From a virus, in the IMG/VR virus record IMGVR_UViG_3300045988_169069: a DNA stretch of 53,660 nt. One strand, given 5' to 3'. The number at the start of each line of letters is the position of its first letter. Position 1 is the stretch's first letter. The notes beneath the pieces were generated by a model. That model had not been told where the DNA came from. It saw nothing but the letters and a program-made list of their open reading frames with translations, and did not search any database. This document shows positions 53,518-53,660 of this stretch, piece by piece. Made by a program: the position numbers and the translations under genes.

Positions 53518-53660
53518 TTTAACGCCTATTATGGCATGCTAGCTGATAGGCTAATAAGCATTAACATTAATAATATTTATGGCTTTTTGCTTTCGTATGT
53601 TACACTTTAACGCCTATTATGGCATGCTAGCTGATAGGCTAATAAGCATTAACATTAATA
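53518..53660. repeat. 88-bp tandem direct repeat spanning the window junction
   Basis: TTTAACGCCTATTATGGCATGCTAGCTGATAGGCTAATAAGCATTAACATTAATA... starts at 53518 and again at 53606. Copy 2 runs off the end and continues as nt 28-55 of the window. Confidence 0.85.

Noticed and set aside
1-53660. Alternative genetic code (stop-codon reassignment), as seen in some Bacteroidota phages
   Set aside because: All large genes (TerL, portal, tape measure, fibre, PolA, primase, SNF2) are uninterrupted in the standard bacterial code. The tRNA-like gene shows no CTA/TCA/TTA anticodon in a plausible loop position.
53634-53660. 27-nt terminal direct repeat as proof of biological terminal redundancy
   Set aside because: The identity of the ends is real in the sequence. 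However, a short exact overlap is also what circular contig assembly produces, so it cannot be taken as the physical terminal repeat without read-level data.

Overview
The window appears to be a complete, circularly closing genome of about 53.6 kb from an AT-rich tailed dsDNA phage with siphovirus-like organisation. The last 27 nt repeat the first 27 nt, and an 88-bp tandem repeat spans the junction. No integrase, repressor/anti-repressor pair, CRISPR array or rRNA was seen, so it looks virulent.

Layout:
- A non-coding control/terminal region of about 1.7 kb (52831-53660 plus 1-909).
- A long plus-strand block (910-48624): packaging (possible TerS, a homing-endonuclease-like gene, TerL, portal), head (scaffold, major capsid), neck/tail (tape measure 1181 aa, distal tail protein, 1573-aa fibre) and small unknown genes.
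- A lysis cassette: holin, YkuD-like peptidoglycan enzyme and spanin-like lipoprotein.
- A second control region paralogous to the first.
- A replication module: HTH, DUF2800-type PD-(D/E)XK nuclease, DUF2815-type SSB, a tRNA-like gene, family-A DNA polymerase, primase-helicase, VRR-NUC and SNF2 helicase.
- A nucleotide-metabolism cluster.
- A short minus-strand block of unknown genes (48690-52830) driven by their own conserved promoters.

Promoter-like TAnnTTTG boxes and the general absence of Shine-Dalgarno sequences suggest a Bacteroidota host.

The most interesting candidate is the 41.2-47.5 kb operon. It combines a NodU/CmcH-type carbamoyltransferase, a P-loop (d)NMP-type kinase, two divergent ThyA-fold paralogues, a dUTPase and a pol-beta-type nucleotidyltransferase. 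Both ThyA paralogues carry Asp at the position that specifies cytosine in T4 dCMP hydroxymethylase. I interpret this as a predicted pathway for an O-carbamoylated 5-hydroxymethyl-pyrimidine DNA hypermodification. This is inference and is unverified.

Other notable signals:
- Two paralogous iteron-rich control regions.
- A recurrent 17-nt intergenic motif, often embedded in long-loop palindromes.
- A perfect 5 x 24-bp coding tandem repeat.
- A tRNA-like gene with an aberrant anticodon arm.

Hand-derived coordinates for non-ORF features may be off by 1-2 nt.
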